From the NCBI RefSeq assembly GCF_035594765.1, contig NC_085845.1:167354897-167418896 (forward strand): a stretch of DNA of 64,000 nt, read 5' to 3'. Source of the stretch: Anolis carolinensis. Its lineage: Eukaryota. Position numbers and translations under genes: made by a program. Each line of letters starts with the position of its first letter. The stretch's first letter is position 1. This document shows, piece by piece, positions 38,201 to 49,894 of the stretch. Below the pieces are notes generated by a model. The model saw only the letters and a program-made list of their open reading frames with translations. It was not told the DNA's origin and did no database searches.

Positions 38201-38616
38201 TGTTTTGCACAGAAATGTCTCAAAGAGCTGGCAGGTTCTCCGGTGTGGCTTTTTGTCACTGATGTCATCAAGGCAGGGCTTTCTGGGGCAAAAGGCCAGG
38301 CTTCTACTTAGGAAGGACAACCTACAAATTGGGCCCAGAGAGTTCACCACACTTGGAATAGAGTAACAAAGTCATGCATGTTCTCACCTACCAAGGGGTT
38401 GGGGTAGGCAAGCTGAGCACTGTTGTTTTAAAGTTTTAAATCACCTAACAGCAGCATTGCATCTTCTTACTCTCTCTGATCTCCAGGTACTATGAGAGGT
38501 TCAAGTCCCCCATGGAGATGAAGCAAGAGCAATGCGAAAACTATGCACCCTGTGACTACTATTCCGAAGTTGTGGGCTTTCATGCAGCCTACAGCCATTT
38601 CTTTGGACATGTCTAA
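32274..38616 (+). CDS. Osteocalcin-like (bone Gla protein 2 / OC3-type) prepropeptide, 98 aa; join(32274..32343,35312..35335,37135..37207,38487..38616)
   Basis: Manual splice (GT-AG, phases 1,1,2) gives MENLLMVLLFAMVLLTAPCCCEA-DTNRAIDE-GIKIKREVASAFVRRQKR|SYPYYERYYERFKSPMEMKQEQCENYAPCDYYSEVVGFHAAYSHFFGHV*. It shows a signal peptide, an AxxF propeptide, a furin site RQKR and a 49-aa mature peptide with E17/E21/E24, C23-C29 and an AYxxFFGxV end. The 24-nt exon 2 is the least certain. AATAAA at 38787-38792. Confidence 0.92.
32664..33041. mobile_element. Tandem cluster of Harbinger-type palindromic MITE units in intron 1 of the osteocalcin-like gene
   Basis: Three repeats of ATCTACACTG...GGATCTGATCCCAGATTATC and their complements. 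Confidence 0.7.
36852..36968. mobile_element. hAT MITE inserted in the TIR of a Harbinger-type MITE (about 36665-36982)
   Basis: TSD GTATAGAT/GTGTAGAT. Confidence 0.75.
37574..37797. mobile_element. Penelope-like remnant, inverted pLTR pair
   Basis: Same family, located in intron 3 of the osteocalcin-like gene. Confidence 0.8.
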
Positions 38617-39169
38617 AACTGGACTTTTTCTTCATGTACTTACCTGGCAGGGACACCTGCGGGGGCAAATCCAATTGGGGAAGGGGCAGGGGGAAGCAAG
38701 AGGTTGAGCAGGGGAAGGGAAATAGCAGGCTGGACGCCAGGCATTTGGCTAACATTTACACAACTGTTTCTCCCCATTTGCAAAAAAATAAAAAAATGTA
38801 GTACTTCTTTCTTCTAAGGAGGGTTTTTTTTTGCCCACAATTGGATAGTGGCTGCCTTGTTGGTAGAGAAATGAATCCACTCTAGGTTTTAGTACAAACT
38901 TTAAATACAAGGTATAGTGTCTGTTTTGGAGATGGGAGTGAGTACCTTGGATTACTCTGTTGAAATCTGGGTTAAAATTCCGAGTGGATTTGCTACTTTG
39001 TTGACATGGAAACTGCTGAGTTATTAACCCATGAGCCACAGCATTTGCTGGAGAGTCATTGCCATTCTGTGAGAAGAAGAGCAGGTAGGGTGGATCAGAT
39101 AGAACTGGGCCAAGCAACCACCAACCCTTTAATTGTTCTGAATGACAACTTTCATCAGTTTATATTTTA

Positions 39170-40010
39170 TACTTTAAAATATATTTTTATTTTTATTGTT
39201 GACCCCAATCCCCCTTCCCCCGGACATAAAATGTATACAATAAACTACAGAAATTACATTTGAAATATCAGTCTTAATCTCAATTTTTCTACATCTTAAT
39301 ATTTTCTCTAAATAATTCCTAACTGGATCCCACATGTTATTAATTATTATAACATTTTCTATGTTGTCTATATTGTTCAATTTACAATTTGTTATTTCCA
39401 CATTTAACACATTTACTATATAATTATACCAATTTGTCAGAGTCCACTTTGTTTTATCTTTCCAACCCCTCACTAAAACAATTTGAGCACACGCTATTAA
39501 TTTCAGCACGCATTATTAACTTGTCAACCACTCTTTCCTTTTGTACATTATACTCCTGGTATCCTTGCATGTAATACATTTCTATTGGCCATTATGATTT
39601 GAAGATTTTACATTATATTAATTTCTCCTTCAATCATTCTCCAATACTCCTGTACTCTGTCACATTCCCATATCATGTGATTAAACACACCTCTTTGTTT
39701 ACAACCATGCCGACACCTGTCCTTCACCCCTGGTAAAAAACGTGAAGGTTGTGCAGAAGTTCTGTACCATTTTTGTAACATTTTCCTTCTTGCTTCTCTA
39801 AGTACATTATATTTTTCATTTGCTATATTACTTATTTCCCTTTGGCTATCTTACCTCTCAATTTCCATATCCATTCTCCACGTTTGAAATATTTCCTCTA
39901 TTACTTCCTCTTTTACAGTTATAATTTGTTCGTACAAATCTCATGCCACTTTTAAAAAGTATTTTATACTTCCTCTTATCATAGGATTTTCAGGTGTTTT
40001 CAATCCTACA
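39170..40010 (-). mobile_element. L1/Tx1-type LINE 3' fragment
   Basis: Minus strand reads WYRT...DRCRHGCKQRGVFNHMIWECDRVQEYW (C-terminal CCHC zinc knuckle), then an A-rich tail. Confidence 0.75.
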
Positions 40011-42060
40011 GTCTCAATGGGATACTCTATAGCTTTTGTGCTTGTGAAGCCCAGTGTTGCTGCAAAATATTCAGGGGAGCCATGTTCTTCAGTAACTCTG
40101 AGAGCATTATCTTTACCTGTGGAAAGAAAACTTTACAACCCACAGTGTTTGCCATCTCATGCCTCAGATGAGGAACCTTTGCCACAGATTTGATGGGAGG
40201 TCCAGGAAATATATTCTTACATTTGCAACACTAGTATCCGCCCCTGCTCTTCCCATATATTTACTTACCAGAAAAGATCTTATTAAAGAAAGAAAAGGCA
40301 AAACAATAGTCTAATGTCTTTTATATGTGAACAGGAGAAAACTCTTTGCTCAGAAAGACGTAGAACTGAAATGGTCCAAGAGAGGACAGGGAAGTAAAAT
40401 GAGGATATTGCCTCCAAATAAGAATTCTGCTCTCCAGCTAAATTTCTCCTTTAGTACTCAATGTTCTAGCATGGCAGTAACTTAAAACTTCAGTTGAGCA
40501 TTTAGAAATACTGTCTAGTTCAGGCATCAGAAGAAAAGGGACTGGCAAACAGACCAATCAAATGAGAATATAGCAAACATAAAAGTTCCAGATGTGGATG
40601 ATTTTCAGTGTCGCTGTCTTTAATACTATAAATCTGAAGACAATTTCAATCTTGGTATTAGCTGCTATCAAGCAGACTTCTACTAATGACGAACCTCTAA
40701 GACAGTGGTTTTCAACCTGTGGGTCCCCAGGTGTTTTGGCCTACAACTCCCAGAAATCCCAGCCAGTTTACCAGCTGTTAGGATTTCTGGGAGTTGACGG
40801 CCAAAACATTTGGGGACCCACAAGCTGAGAACTACTGGTCTAAGAGACCCTGTTATTAACAGTCCTGCTAGGGTCTTGCAAATGCAGGGCTGTTACTTTC
40901 TTCATAGAATCTAGCAGCTTGTCATGAAGTTTTCCTCTGTGTCTACTGCTTCTCACTTTACCAAGTGTTATCAACATTTCTAATGAGTTTTCCCATGTTG
41001 TCTCAGGATTATGTACTGACCACGATAGCTTTAGGGCACATCTATATCTACACTGAAGAATTAATACAGTTTGACATCACTTTTAAATGTCATAGCTCAA
41101 TGCTATAGAATCCTGGGAGATGGAGTCTGGTGAGGCATCAGCAATCTTTGGCAGAGAAGACTACAGACCTTATAAAATCACAAACCCCAGGTTTCTATAG
41201 CATTGGGACATGGCAGTTAAAGTGGTGTGAAACTGCATTAATTCTACAGTGCAGATGCACCCTCAGTTTAGTCATTTTGAATTTTAGGGAAATTTCAGAC
41301 TTAATTTGCTCATAGGCCCATTTAAATGTCTTTTTGATAATCACATGGTATACAACTCTCCTTCAGCACCGTGTTTCAAATGAAACAATTCATTTCATGT
41401 AGCAAGACAGAAATTGTTATTTGGGGAGGCAATATTTTGCCCTTGCTGTAGTTATCCTTGTCTCTCTCTCTCCTGAAAAACACAGTGAATCAGACTCTCT
41501 TTTTGATACTTCAAACATTTCTGTAATTTTGCTGCCACCACATGGAAATTTCATGTAGTGAAGAATGTAGCAGTACTGTACAACATATGGATAGAATTTT
41601 AGATTTAGGAAAAGATTATTATATTATGTCCCAGGAGTTCATATCTTTTAATTCTTTTTTTGCTTTTGATAATGGGGCTACCCATCATCTGATTCACCAG
41701 AAGGTGAAGAGCAAAGAAATCAGTTGCTCTTCAATTCTTTAAATTCTAAGAAAGATGCGCTGAACAGCAACATGCACATTAGTTATACACAAATTACCTC
41801 AAACTCACAGTTGGCTAGTTAGCTTCTACGAATGGTATTTTTTCTTTTGAAATAGATGTTTTCAAATGCTCTTCTGACCAAATAACATTTTGAAATACAT
41901 GTTCGTGTATGGTAGTGTAGTGCTTTAGGGCCTATGCCAGTGATAGAATTTGAAAAAGCTAAGAAAAATTATAAAACATAGACTTCAGCAAAAGGTTTTT
42001 TATACAGCCAAGTATTTAAGCTGCAGTTATCAATCTATTTGCATATTTCATTAGCTAAAT

Positions 42061-44414
42061 CCAGAAGGTAGAAGAGGCAACAAAGGGATCAGCAACTCTT
42101 GATCTAATCTTAACAAATGTGGAAGACCTGATCAATACAGTTGAAGTGGTTGGATCCTTAGGGGCAAGTGACCATGTGCTCCTGCAGTTTGCAATACAAA
42201 GGAATGCTGAAACTAAGACAAGTCAAACACGCTTTCTGGACTTTAAGAGAGCTGACTTCCAAAAAATGAAGGAATTACTGAGCGGCATTCCATGGACGCC
42301 GATATTAAAAAACAAGGGAGTTAAGGATGGATGGGAGTTTTTCAAAAGTGAAATACTCACGGCGCAAATGCAAACAGTGCCAACAAAGAAGAAAAATAAG
42401 ACAAGTGCAAAGAAGCCAGAATGGATGTCCAAAGAACTTCTAACTGAGCTAAAGCTCAAAAGTGACATGCACAAGAAGTGGAAAAGGGGAGAAATCACCA
42501 AAGAAGAATTCAAACGTATAGCCAACACCTGTAGGGAAAAGGTTCGCAAGGCTAAAGCGCAAAATGAGCTCAAGCTTGCCAGGGACATAAAAAACAACAA
42601 AAAAGGCTTTTTTGCTTACGTTGGTAGAAAAAGGAAGAAAAAGGAGGCGATAGGGCCATTGCAAGGAGAAGATGGGGTGATGGCGACAGGGGACAGGGAA
42701 AAGGCAGAACTGCTCAATACCTTCTTTGCCTCGGTCTTCTCAGAAAAAGAAAGCCATCTTCAACCTCAACAACACGGAATGGACGAAGGATTGGGGGAAA
42801 TCCAACCCCAAATAGGGAGACACGTTGTCCAGGAACACCTGGCCTCTCTAAACGAATTCAAGTCCCCAGGGCCAGATCAGCTACACCCAAGAGTACTGAA
42901 GGAACTAGCGGAAGTTATTTCAGAACCACTGGCAATTATCTTCGAGAGTTCTTGGAGAATGGGAGAAGTCCCAGCAGATTGGAGGAGGGCGAATGTGGTC
43001 CCTATCTTCAAGAAGGGAAAAAAGAACGACCCAAACAATTACCGTCCGGTCAGCCTCACATCAATACCAGGCAAAATTCTGGAAAAGATCATTAAGGAAG
43101 TGGTCTGCGAACACTTAGAAACAAATGCGGTCATTGCTAATAGTCAACACGGATTTACCAAAAACAAGTCATGCCAGACTAATCTGATCTCTTTTTTCGA
43201 TAGAGTTACGAGTTGGGTCGATACAGGGAATGCTGTGGATGTAGCGTACCTGGATTTCAGTAAGGCCTTCGACAAAGTCCCCCACGACCTTCTGGCAAAC
43301 AAACTAGTAAAATGTGGGCTAGACAAAACTACGGTTAGGTGGATCTGTAATTGGCTAAGCGAACGAACCCAAAGGGTGCTCACCAATGCGTCGTCTTCAT
43401 CATGGAAAGAAGTGACAAGTGGAGTGCCGCAGGGCTCCGTCCTGGGCCCGGTTCTGTTCAACATCTTTATTAACGACTTAGACGAAGGGTTAGAAGGCAC
43501 GATCATCAAGTTTGCAGACGACACAAAACTGGGAGGGATAGCTAACACTCCAGAAGACAGGAGCAGAATTCAAAACGATCTTGACAGACTAGAGAGATGG
43601 GCCAAAACTAACAAAATGAAGTTCAACAGGGACAAATGCAAGATACTTCACTTCGGCAGAAAAAATGGAAATCAAAGATATAGAATGGGGGACGCCTGGC
43701 TTGACAGCAGTGTGTGCGAAAAAGACCTTGGAGTCCTCGTGGACAACAAGTTAAACATGAGCCAACAATGTGATGCGGCTGCTAAAAAAGCCAATGGGAT
43801 TCTGGCCTGCATCAATAGGGGAATAGCGTCTAGATCCAGGGAAGTTATGCTCCCCCTCTATTCTGCCTTGGTCAGACCACACCTGGAATACTGTGTCCAA
43901 TTTTGGGCACCACAGTTGAAGGGAGATGTTGACAAACTGGAAAGCGTCCAGAGGAGGGCGACCAAAATGATTAAGGGTCTGGAGAACAAGCCCTATGAGG
44001 AGCGGCTTAAAGAGCTGGGCATGTTTAGCCTGCAGAAGAGAAGGCTGAGAGGAGACATGATAGCCATGTACAAATACGTGAAGGGAAGTCATAGGGAAGA
44101 GGGAGCAAGCTTGTTTTCTGCTGCCCTGCAGACTAGGACACGGAACAATGGCTTCAAACTACAGGAAAGGAGATTCCACTTGAACATCAGGAAGAACTTC
44201 CTCACTGTGAGAGCTGTTCGACAGTGGAACTCTCTCCCCGGGGCCGTGGTGGAGGCTCCTTCCTTGGAGGCTTTTAAGCAGAGGCTGGATGGCCATCTGT
44301 CGGGGGTGCTTTGAATGCGATTTCCTGCTTCTTAGCAGGGGGTTGGACTAGATGGCCCATGTGGTCTCTTCCAACTCTACTATTCTATGATTCTATGATT
44401 CTATGATTCTATGA
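42061..44414 (+). mobile_element. CR1 LINE, 5'-truncated, young
   Basis: Starts in the C-terminal part of the endonuclease ([19 protein letters not shown]...SDH), contains the full RT domain, and ends in the CR1 3' tail with tandem (ATTCTATG)n at about 44382-44414. Confidence 0.97.
42119..44314 (+). CDS. CR1 ORF2 remnant (reverse transcriptase), uninterrupted 731 codons
   Basis: Motifs [48 protein letters not shown]. No native start (GTG, 5' truncated), so probably not expressed. Confidence 0.9.
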   Translation: MEDLINTVEVVGSLGASDHVLLQFAIQRNAETKTSQTRFLDFKRADFQKMKELLSGIPWTPILKNKGVKDGWEFFKSEILTAQMQTVPTKKKNKTSAKKPEWMSKELLTELKLKSDMHKKWKRGEITKEEFKRIANTCREKVRKAKAQNELKLARDIKNNKKGFFAYVGRKRKKKEAIGPLQGEDGVMATGDREKAELLNTFFASVFSEKESHLQPQQHGMDEGLGEIQPQIGRHVVQEHLASLNEFKSPGPDQLHPRVLKELAEVISEPLAIIFESSWRMGEVPADWRRANVVPIFKKGKKNDPNNYRPVSLTSIPGKILEKIIKEVVCEHLETNAVIANSQHGFTKNKSCQTNLISFFDRVTSWVDTGNAVDVAYLDFSKAFDKVPHDLLANKLVKCGLDKTTVRWICNWLSERTQRVLTNASSSSWKEVTSGVPQGSVLGPVLFNIFINDLDEGLEGTIIKFADDTKLGGIANTPEDRSRIQNDLDRLERWAKTNKMKFNRDKCKILHFGRKNGNQRYRMGDAWLDSSVCEKDLGVLVDNKLNMSQQCDAAAKKANGILACINRGIASRSREVMLPLYSALVRPHLEYCVQFWAPQLKGDVDKLESVQRRATKMIKGLENKPYEERLKELGMFSLQKRRLRGDMIAMYKYVKGSHREEGASLFSAALQTRTRNNGFKLQERRFHLNIRKNFLTVRAVRQWNSLPGAVVEAPSLEAFKQRLDGHLSGVL

Positions 44415-44568
44415 AATCAAGCATACTTAATGCAGTGTTCATATCTTTACATCAAAATGGCAGATAAAGAAAATGTGACAGTAAGACATTTTCTCTTTTT
44501 TATTTGCACAATTTCCCTGCTGCAGAAACAGAAGCGGGTTTCTAAGAGTTGCGCAATTACCTTCTGCT

Positions 44569-45357
44569 TCACTGCAGCTTGTCAATGATCAATGTGACAT
44601 ATTCTTCTACCATCTTAAGAGTCTTTTGGAAACTTTCACAAACTGGCTTCAGTATATTAACAGTATCTTCCAGGCAATCCGTAGTCATTTCAATGGTATT
44701 TTTTGAAGAAGACTGTCCCCGAACAGCTAGTATCCGCACGAAACTGGTAAGTGAGAAAGTTGCGGTTCCTATAGACATGCTGCGAGCCCTTGAGTCTGTT
44801 GGCAGCAGTACACTGGATGTACTTGAGCTGACGTCTGGAAGTACTTTAGTAATCTCTTCATAAGTCATCAGAAGGTCACTCACTCGAAGAGACAGCACAG
44901 GAGTGCCTGATGAGTCCCGAATAGCAGCCTCGAGTTTTTCTAGGAGATTGCCCTGTTTCAATAAGATTATTGAAACAGGACCACAGATATTGTCATAAAC
45001 TCCTTTATACTGAACACTAATTTCCCTTAGAAGTTTAAGTTTGTCATCCGCAGAGGAGCTAGTAGTTTTGGTAATCTTGGAATACAAAGTATGGCCGATT
45101 TTCTCCTTGATCTCTTTATCTTTTGAGTCCACGAGTTCCTGCAACTCTCTCAAAGAACTCATCAGGAGCTGAAGATTCTCCTTGATGCTAAGGGTTTCCC
45201 TCACTATAATAATCGGGAATTCTGTTTTAAGGAACTGGTTGAACATTCGGAATAGAGTGTTAGTACAAGAGACAAACATGTAGACACAGTCATATAGACC
45301 GCGGCTAGCATTGACCAGTCTTGACTTTTCCTTCTCTGCACCAAAAAAGGACATCAT
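44569..45357 (-). CDS. C12orf60: C12orf60 orthologue, single coding exon, about 262 aa
   Basis: MMSFFGAEKEKSRLVNASR...NTLFRMFNQ...PVLSLRVSDL resembles mammalian C12orf60 as I recall it, and the position next to SMCO3/WBP11 is syntenic. The ORF track start at 45393 is a TTG immediately after a splice acceptor (ttctccag, AG at 45396-45395). First ATG is 45357. Minus-strand AATAAA at 44499-44504. Confidence 0.85.
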   Translation of the reverse strand: MMSFFGAEKEKSRLVNASRGLYDCVYMFVSCTNTLFRMFNQFLKTEFPIIIVRETLSIKENLQLLMSSLRELQELVDSKDKEIKEKIGHTLYSKITKTTSSSADDKLKLLREISVQYKGVYDNICGPVSIILLKQGNLLEKLEAAIRDSSGTPVLSLRVSDLLMTYEEITKVLPDVSSSTSSVLLPTDSRARSMSIGTATFSLTSFVRILAVRGQSSSKNTIEMTTDCLEDTVNILKPVCESFQKTLKMVEEYVTLIIDKLQ

Positions 45358-47110
45358 TTTCAAAAAATGTGGATGTGTCCCACGAAAATACAAACTGGAG
45401 AATGCTCAGTGGAAGAACATCAATCAAATGGTTGTCTCAGCCATATATCTTCGGCAATCCCATCAGCAGCGCTTTAAAACCAGAGTGAGGTAAACCTATT
45501 ATATGATGAATAAAACAATAAAAAATTCTAAATATTTAGCTCTACATTTTCCTATGTTATACTTACTGAAAATACACATAATTAAAAAGTTAACTGTATA
45601 AATGACAGTTATTGAGAGCACAAAGTTGGAAAGGCTATTCTGCACTAATTTGCCACTGCCCATATTATTGTCCTGATTTCAGCTAAACACTGGCAGGCTT
45701 TCTACTAGCAGTCATAAATAACTATTTATCTTTGTCATTGGAATCAGTTGAGGTTGCACAAATTATCATGTCTGTGCCTCGATACTGTATGAGGTCCAAA
45801 GATGATGAGATGCCTTGCTCTCCCCTAGGAGACTCCATAGACTCCAGTATGAAGTGCTAAGGGCCAGGTTCACTGGTCTGCCAACTATTGCTTTCCCTAA
45901 ACCAAAACAACCAGTTTAGCTACAGTACCTAAATCTTTGGAAACTTCCAGATTACACTACTATAATGCACTCTACATGTGGATGTTCTTGTAGATAAAAT
46001 AAGAATAATTGTATTTCTTACACGCCTCCCTTTGTGGCTCGAGGCGGGTTACAAGACAGCTTAAAACACAGAATAATCTCAAACATTCTAGAAAATACAC
46101 ATATTAAAACATATTTCTACAAAATACATATTAAAATACACTGAACAAAGATTAAACACAAGACGTATGTTTAAAATTTGTGATTAAAACTGGCTGGGTA
46201 GGCCTGTCGGTAGGGATATGTTTTAGATGCTATGGAAACAGCAGTAGAATTGCTGACTAGAGTACCATATACAAACCATATTACCAGTTTTAAAGGAATT
46301 GCCCTGGCTACCAATGTGTATATGTATGTGTATGTGACTTCAAAGCTACCTGTGTATGATGACCCCAAGGCAAGGAATACTCAGAAGTCGTTTTTCCAGT
46401 TCTTAGGTTCTTGACTATCAACACACTTATCTAAATTCAAGGTACTAGTGATGACATTTAGAGTCTTAATTGACTTGGGACCCTGATGCTTGGAAGAGCA
46501 TTTCTACTATGTATACCTGTCCAAAGACTAAGACAAAGGTCCACACTTTGCCCACCTCTGCCTTAAAAGTTGTTTCCTTGCTCAACAATGAAGATCCCAT
46601 TAGAAATGCATTTTTAGCTGGAACACCATGCCTAAAACACTTTAATGTTCCACGCAGTGACAAAATGTGCACATTTTTATAGGTAGACAACTGGCCATGA
46701 GAACTTTTGCTTAATTGGCAGTATTTTTGTTTTGGTATATTCAGAAAGAAACATGAACATTACGTCAGCGGTTGAAAAAAAAGCTGCATATATTTGGAGC
46801 CAGGTTCTACGAGCTTCTGTCCACTAAAAGAGAGCTTAGTGAAAGGCACAATGACTATGGCCTTGTGATCTGTAATGCTAAGCTAAGCAAGTCCAAGCAA
46901 GCATCAGTACAAGAGGACATCGACATGATGCCTAACTCCTGCAATCAACAGACAGAAGACCAAAAAAGGGATGTTTGGAGGAGCACTGAAATGAATTGTG
47001 ACAAACTCTAATGTAAGAGTGCTTTCATTACTAAATTGTTTTATGTGACAAGGAACAGTGTGGTTGGAAATAACAAGGAAGTGATAATCTAGATTTGGAT
47101 ATTTACTGAT

Positions 47111-47367
47111 TTTTTGTGTGTGTCAGGAGCAACTTGAGAAAACTGTAAGTTGCTTCTGGTGTGAGAGAACTGGTCATCTGCAAGGACATTGTCCAGGGGA
47201 TGCCCAGATGTTCTACCATCCTGTGGGAGTCTTATTTCATGTCCCTGTGTGGGAAGCTGGAGCTGACTGATGGGAGCTCACCCCGCTCCCCGGATTTGAA
47301 CCGCTGACCTTTCAGTCAGCAGTCCTGCCAGCACAAGGGTTTAATCCATTGTGCCTCTGGGGATTCC
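47111..47367 (-). mobile_element. Anolis-type tRNA SINE
   Basis: Family similarity, TSD ATTTACTGAT. Confidence 0.85.
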
Positions 47368-49210
47368 ATTTACTGATTAGTGGAATACTATTAGTGGATG
47401 AATTATGAGGAAGCATTTAGCTAAGACAAAGCTTCCTTTGTAATAAAAATAATGGAACCCTCCATGTTAGCAAGAATTGTGAGTTTCCTATTTGGCTTTC
47501 TTGTCTGATTCCATTGACAAGGATTTCAGCTTCACTACCTCTCTGGAAGCATAAATATGTAACTTTGGGTCCTTAAATACAGTTGACGTGCACAGAGAAA
47601 TGGTAGGGTAGAGGCTTTGTTCTTCTCCAGCAGTTAGCCAACACCTGGTGTTACCCTGGTATTCAGACAAGAATTAAGCAGCCGTTATCATCTTAAAGGT
47701 GCCTTATTTGCTTTTGCCTTGAGTACAGACTGCATTTTATCCCTTTTACTGCCAAAGCTGTGTGCAATCTAGAAAGTAAGTGTCAGTTCTTGGAAAACTT
47801 CCTTGTTTGGCTGTAACCTTAGCCAACATGACTAGTGTCTGCACTACCTAGTGGATCCTGGAAATTTTAGTCCAAAAAGGAACATTTCCAAACTGTGGGC
47901 AAAGAATACATCACACAGGATGTGAGAGTATCTTTTAGAGTGATTTGTCAAACCAATTTGATTAATTAACTTTCCCTCTCTCTCTTTTATAAAGAAGCCG
48001 CTTGTTCATGATACAACACATCTTTGTGGCCAAGCGCCATCCAAATATGGTTTCAAAATGGTATTGCATTCATGCTTCTTAAATCTTACTTTCCAGGTTC
48101 TTCTGCCCAATAAACTATATTGAACCTCATGGTAAACGTCCTTGGCTTTCTCTCCATCATCTGAACACTTTGCCCAGTTGACCGAGTATGACATAACCAG
48201 GAAGAAGAAAGGTATCTCTTTCAGTATTATGTTATGTGAGAAATACATTTGTTTTCTTCTAATGCTAATGGGAACTGTGATCATGGTCTAATTTTTAAAA
48301 GGTATTTCAAAAACAAACACCATAACATGAGTATATAAATTAGCAACCTTTTTTCTAGTGTTGGTCAGTTTGCATGAAAACCTTCTAAACATGCATGGCA
48401 TTACTACCACACTTGATTGATTCTGTGTGATCGCTTGATTAGATGGGGAGACGGAGGCACAATGAACCTGGAGTTTCTCACTTAGCTTAGAAGCTAAACT
48501 GCCTGCTTCTTGGTGTCTCCTCTGAAAGTGCAGAGGGCACTTATATCCCCCAAACATTAATGTAGCAGAATCAAACCCCCTTCCCTATTTCTTGATTGGA
48601 TCTCATCACATTGAGATATACTCAATTTCTGGGGTGCTTTGAACTTGATTTCAAATGGGTCCTGTCACATTATGTTTGCCCCATTTTATCAGTAATCTGT
48701 TTGGAATTTGTCGGCAAAATGTCACAGAAACAGCGTAATTTCACTCGGGATTCTAATTGTGTTTTTTGATGTAATATGGTTCTGAGGAGCCGTTTTTAGG
48801 TGTGATTGTAAAACAAGTATCCATACTGTCAGCTAAAATCTCTTGAGAATGGTAGTTCAAAACTTCTAGCTATGTCACTGTAAAATATTAGATTTTTTAA
48901 AAAGTGACATAGAGAGGCATTCAAATTGATTGGGAAGATCCAGGCTCCCATAGTATGATGAATCAAAGATCAATATTTTCAAAATGTAAGAATTGGGTGT
49001 GATGGGGGTCAGTATGCATATCATCTGAATACAGTATGCATCTAGTCCTAATAAATATGGGATGCATACTGATATAAATGTATATCTCAATGTGATCAGG
49101 TTAATTGTTATATCCCATATGAGGTGACTTGAGAGAAAAATTGCTACTAATTGTTATTTTTAAACACTTATATCTACTTTGCAGTTTAATTATAAGCTCA
49201 TCTTCACAGA

Positions 49211-49894
49211 ATGAAGCTAAGTGACCTCCTCTACCCAAGTAATCCAAAAAGACGCCAGGATGTGATTGTCCTGCACCAGGAACTCCTTGATCTTATGAAA
49301 CTTAATTTTAAAGTTACCAATGAATTGATTCGAACAATGAAGGAACATCTTGGAGCCAAGATTACAAACATTACAATGAAAGAGAATGGTACCATCAAAG
49401 AGAACTGTGACATTATCATTCAAGCCATGAAGTCTATTCAACAAGAAGTACAGAAGCTTGATAAAGAAATTAAGGAGAGACTAGAGCCAGGAATGTACCA
49501 AAAGCTTTATGATATCAAACAACCTGAGTTGGAGAAAATTGCAATAGCTTATCGAATTCTCTCTGCTATACTTGGAGAGGCTAGTGCTTCTGCAGGTACA
49601 GTAGGCATAAAATTAATATGCTCAAATATTGTAATCGTTACAGTTAATAAGTTGGTTGCTCTGCTTGCTCAAATTGGGATATCGGTCCTTGGAGGCATTG
49701 CCATTACTGTCTTTGCTTTGGGAATTGATGTGATTCTTCATGCCATCCTAGGGGCGGTAGAAAGAGATCAACTTCTAGCATCTATCCAAAGTTATGAGGA
49801 GCATCTAACTGAATTTAGGGAAGCCTCTGAGACATATCACTGTGCCATCAATGAAATAAGTGCAGCGGTGAGGGGCAATGCTGACCTAATGTGA
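49211..49894 (+). CDS. SMCO3: Single-pass membrane and coiled-coil domain protein 3, 227 aa, single coding exon
   Basis: SDLLYPSNPKRR, GTIKENCDIIIQA, LEPGMYQKL, ILGEA, ILGAVE and SYEEHL.EF motifs match SMCO3, with a hydrophobic segment near the C-terminus. Acceptor tttgcag at 49184 just upstream of the ATG. Confidence 0.95.
   Translation: MKLSDLLYPSNPKRRQDVIVLHQELLDLMKLNFKVTNELIRTMKEHLGAKITNITMKENGTIKENCDIIIQAMKSIQQEVQKLDKEIKERLEPGMYQKLYDIKQPELEKIAIAYRILSAILGEASASAGTVGIKLICSNIVIVTVNKLVALLAQIGISVLGGIAITVFALGIDVILHAILGAVERDQLLASIQSYEEHLTEFREASETYHCAINEISAAVRGNADLM

Noticed and set aside
42223-44092. Several minus-strand ORFs of 71-134 aa
   Set aside because: Antisense shadows of the CR1 ORF2.
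45358-45393. 12-codon N-terminal extension of the C12orf60 ORF in the track
   Set aside because: It starts at TTG directly after a splice acceptor and is probably 5' UTR. First ATG is 45357.
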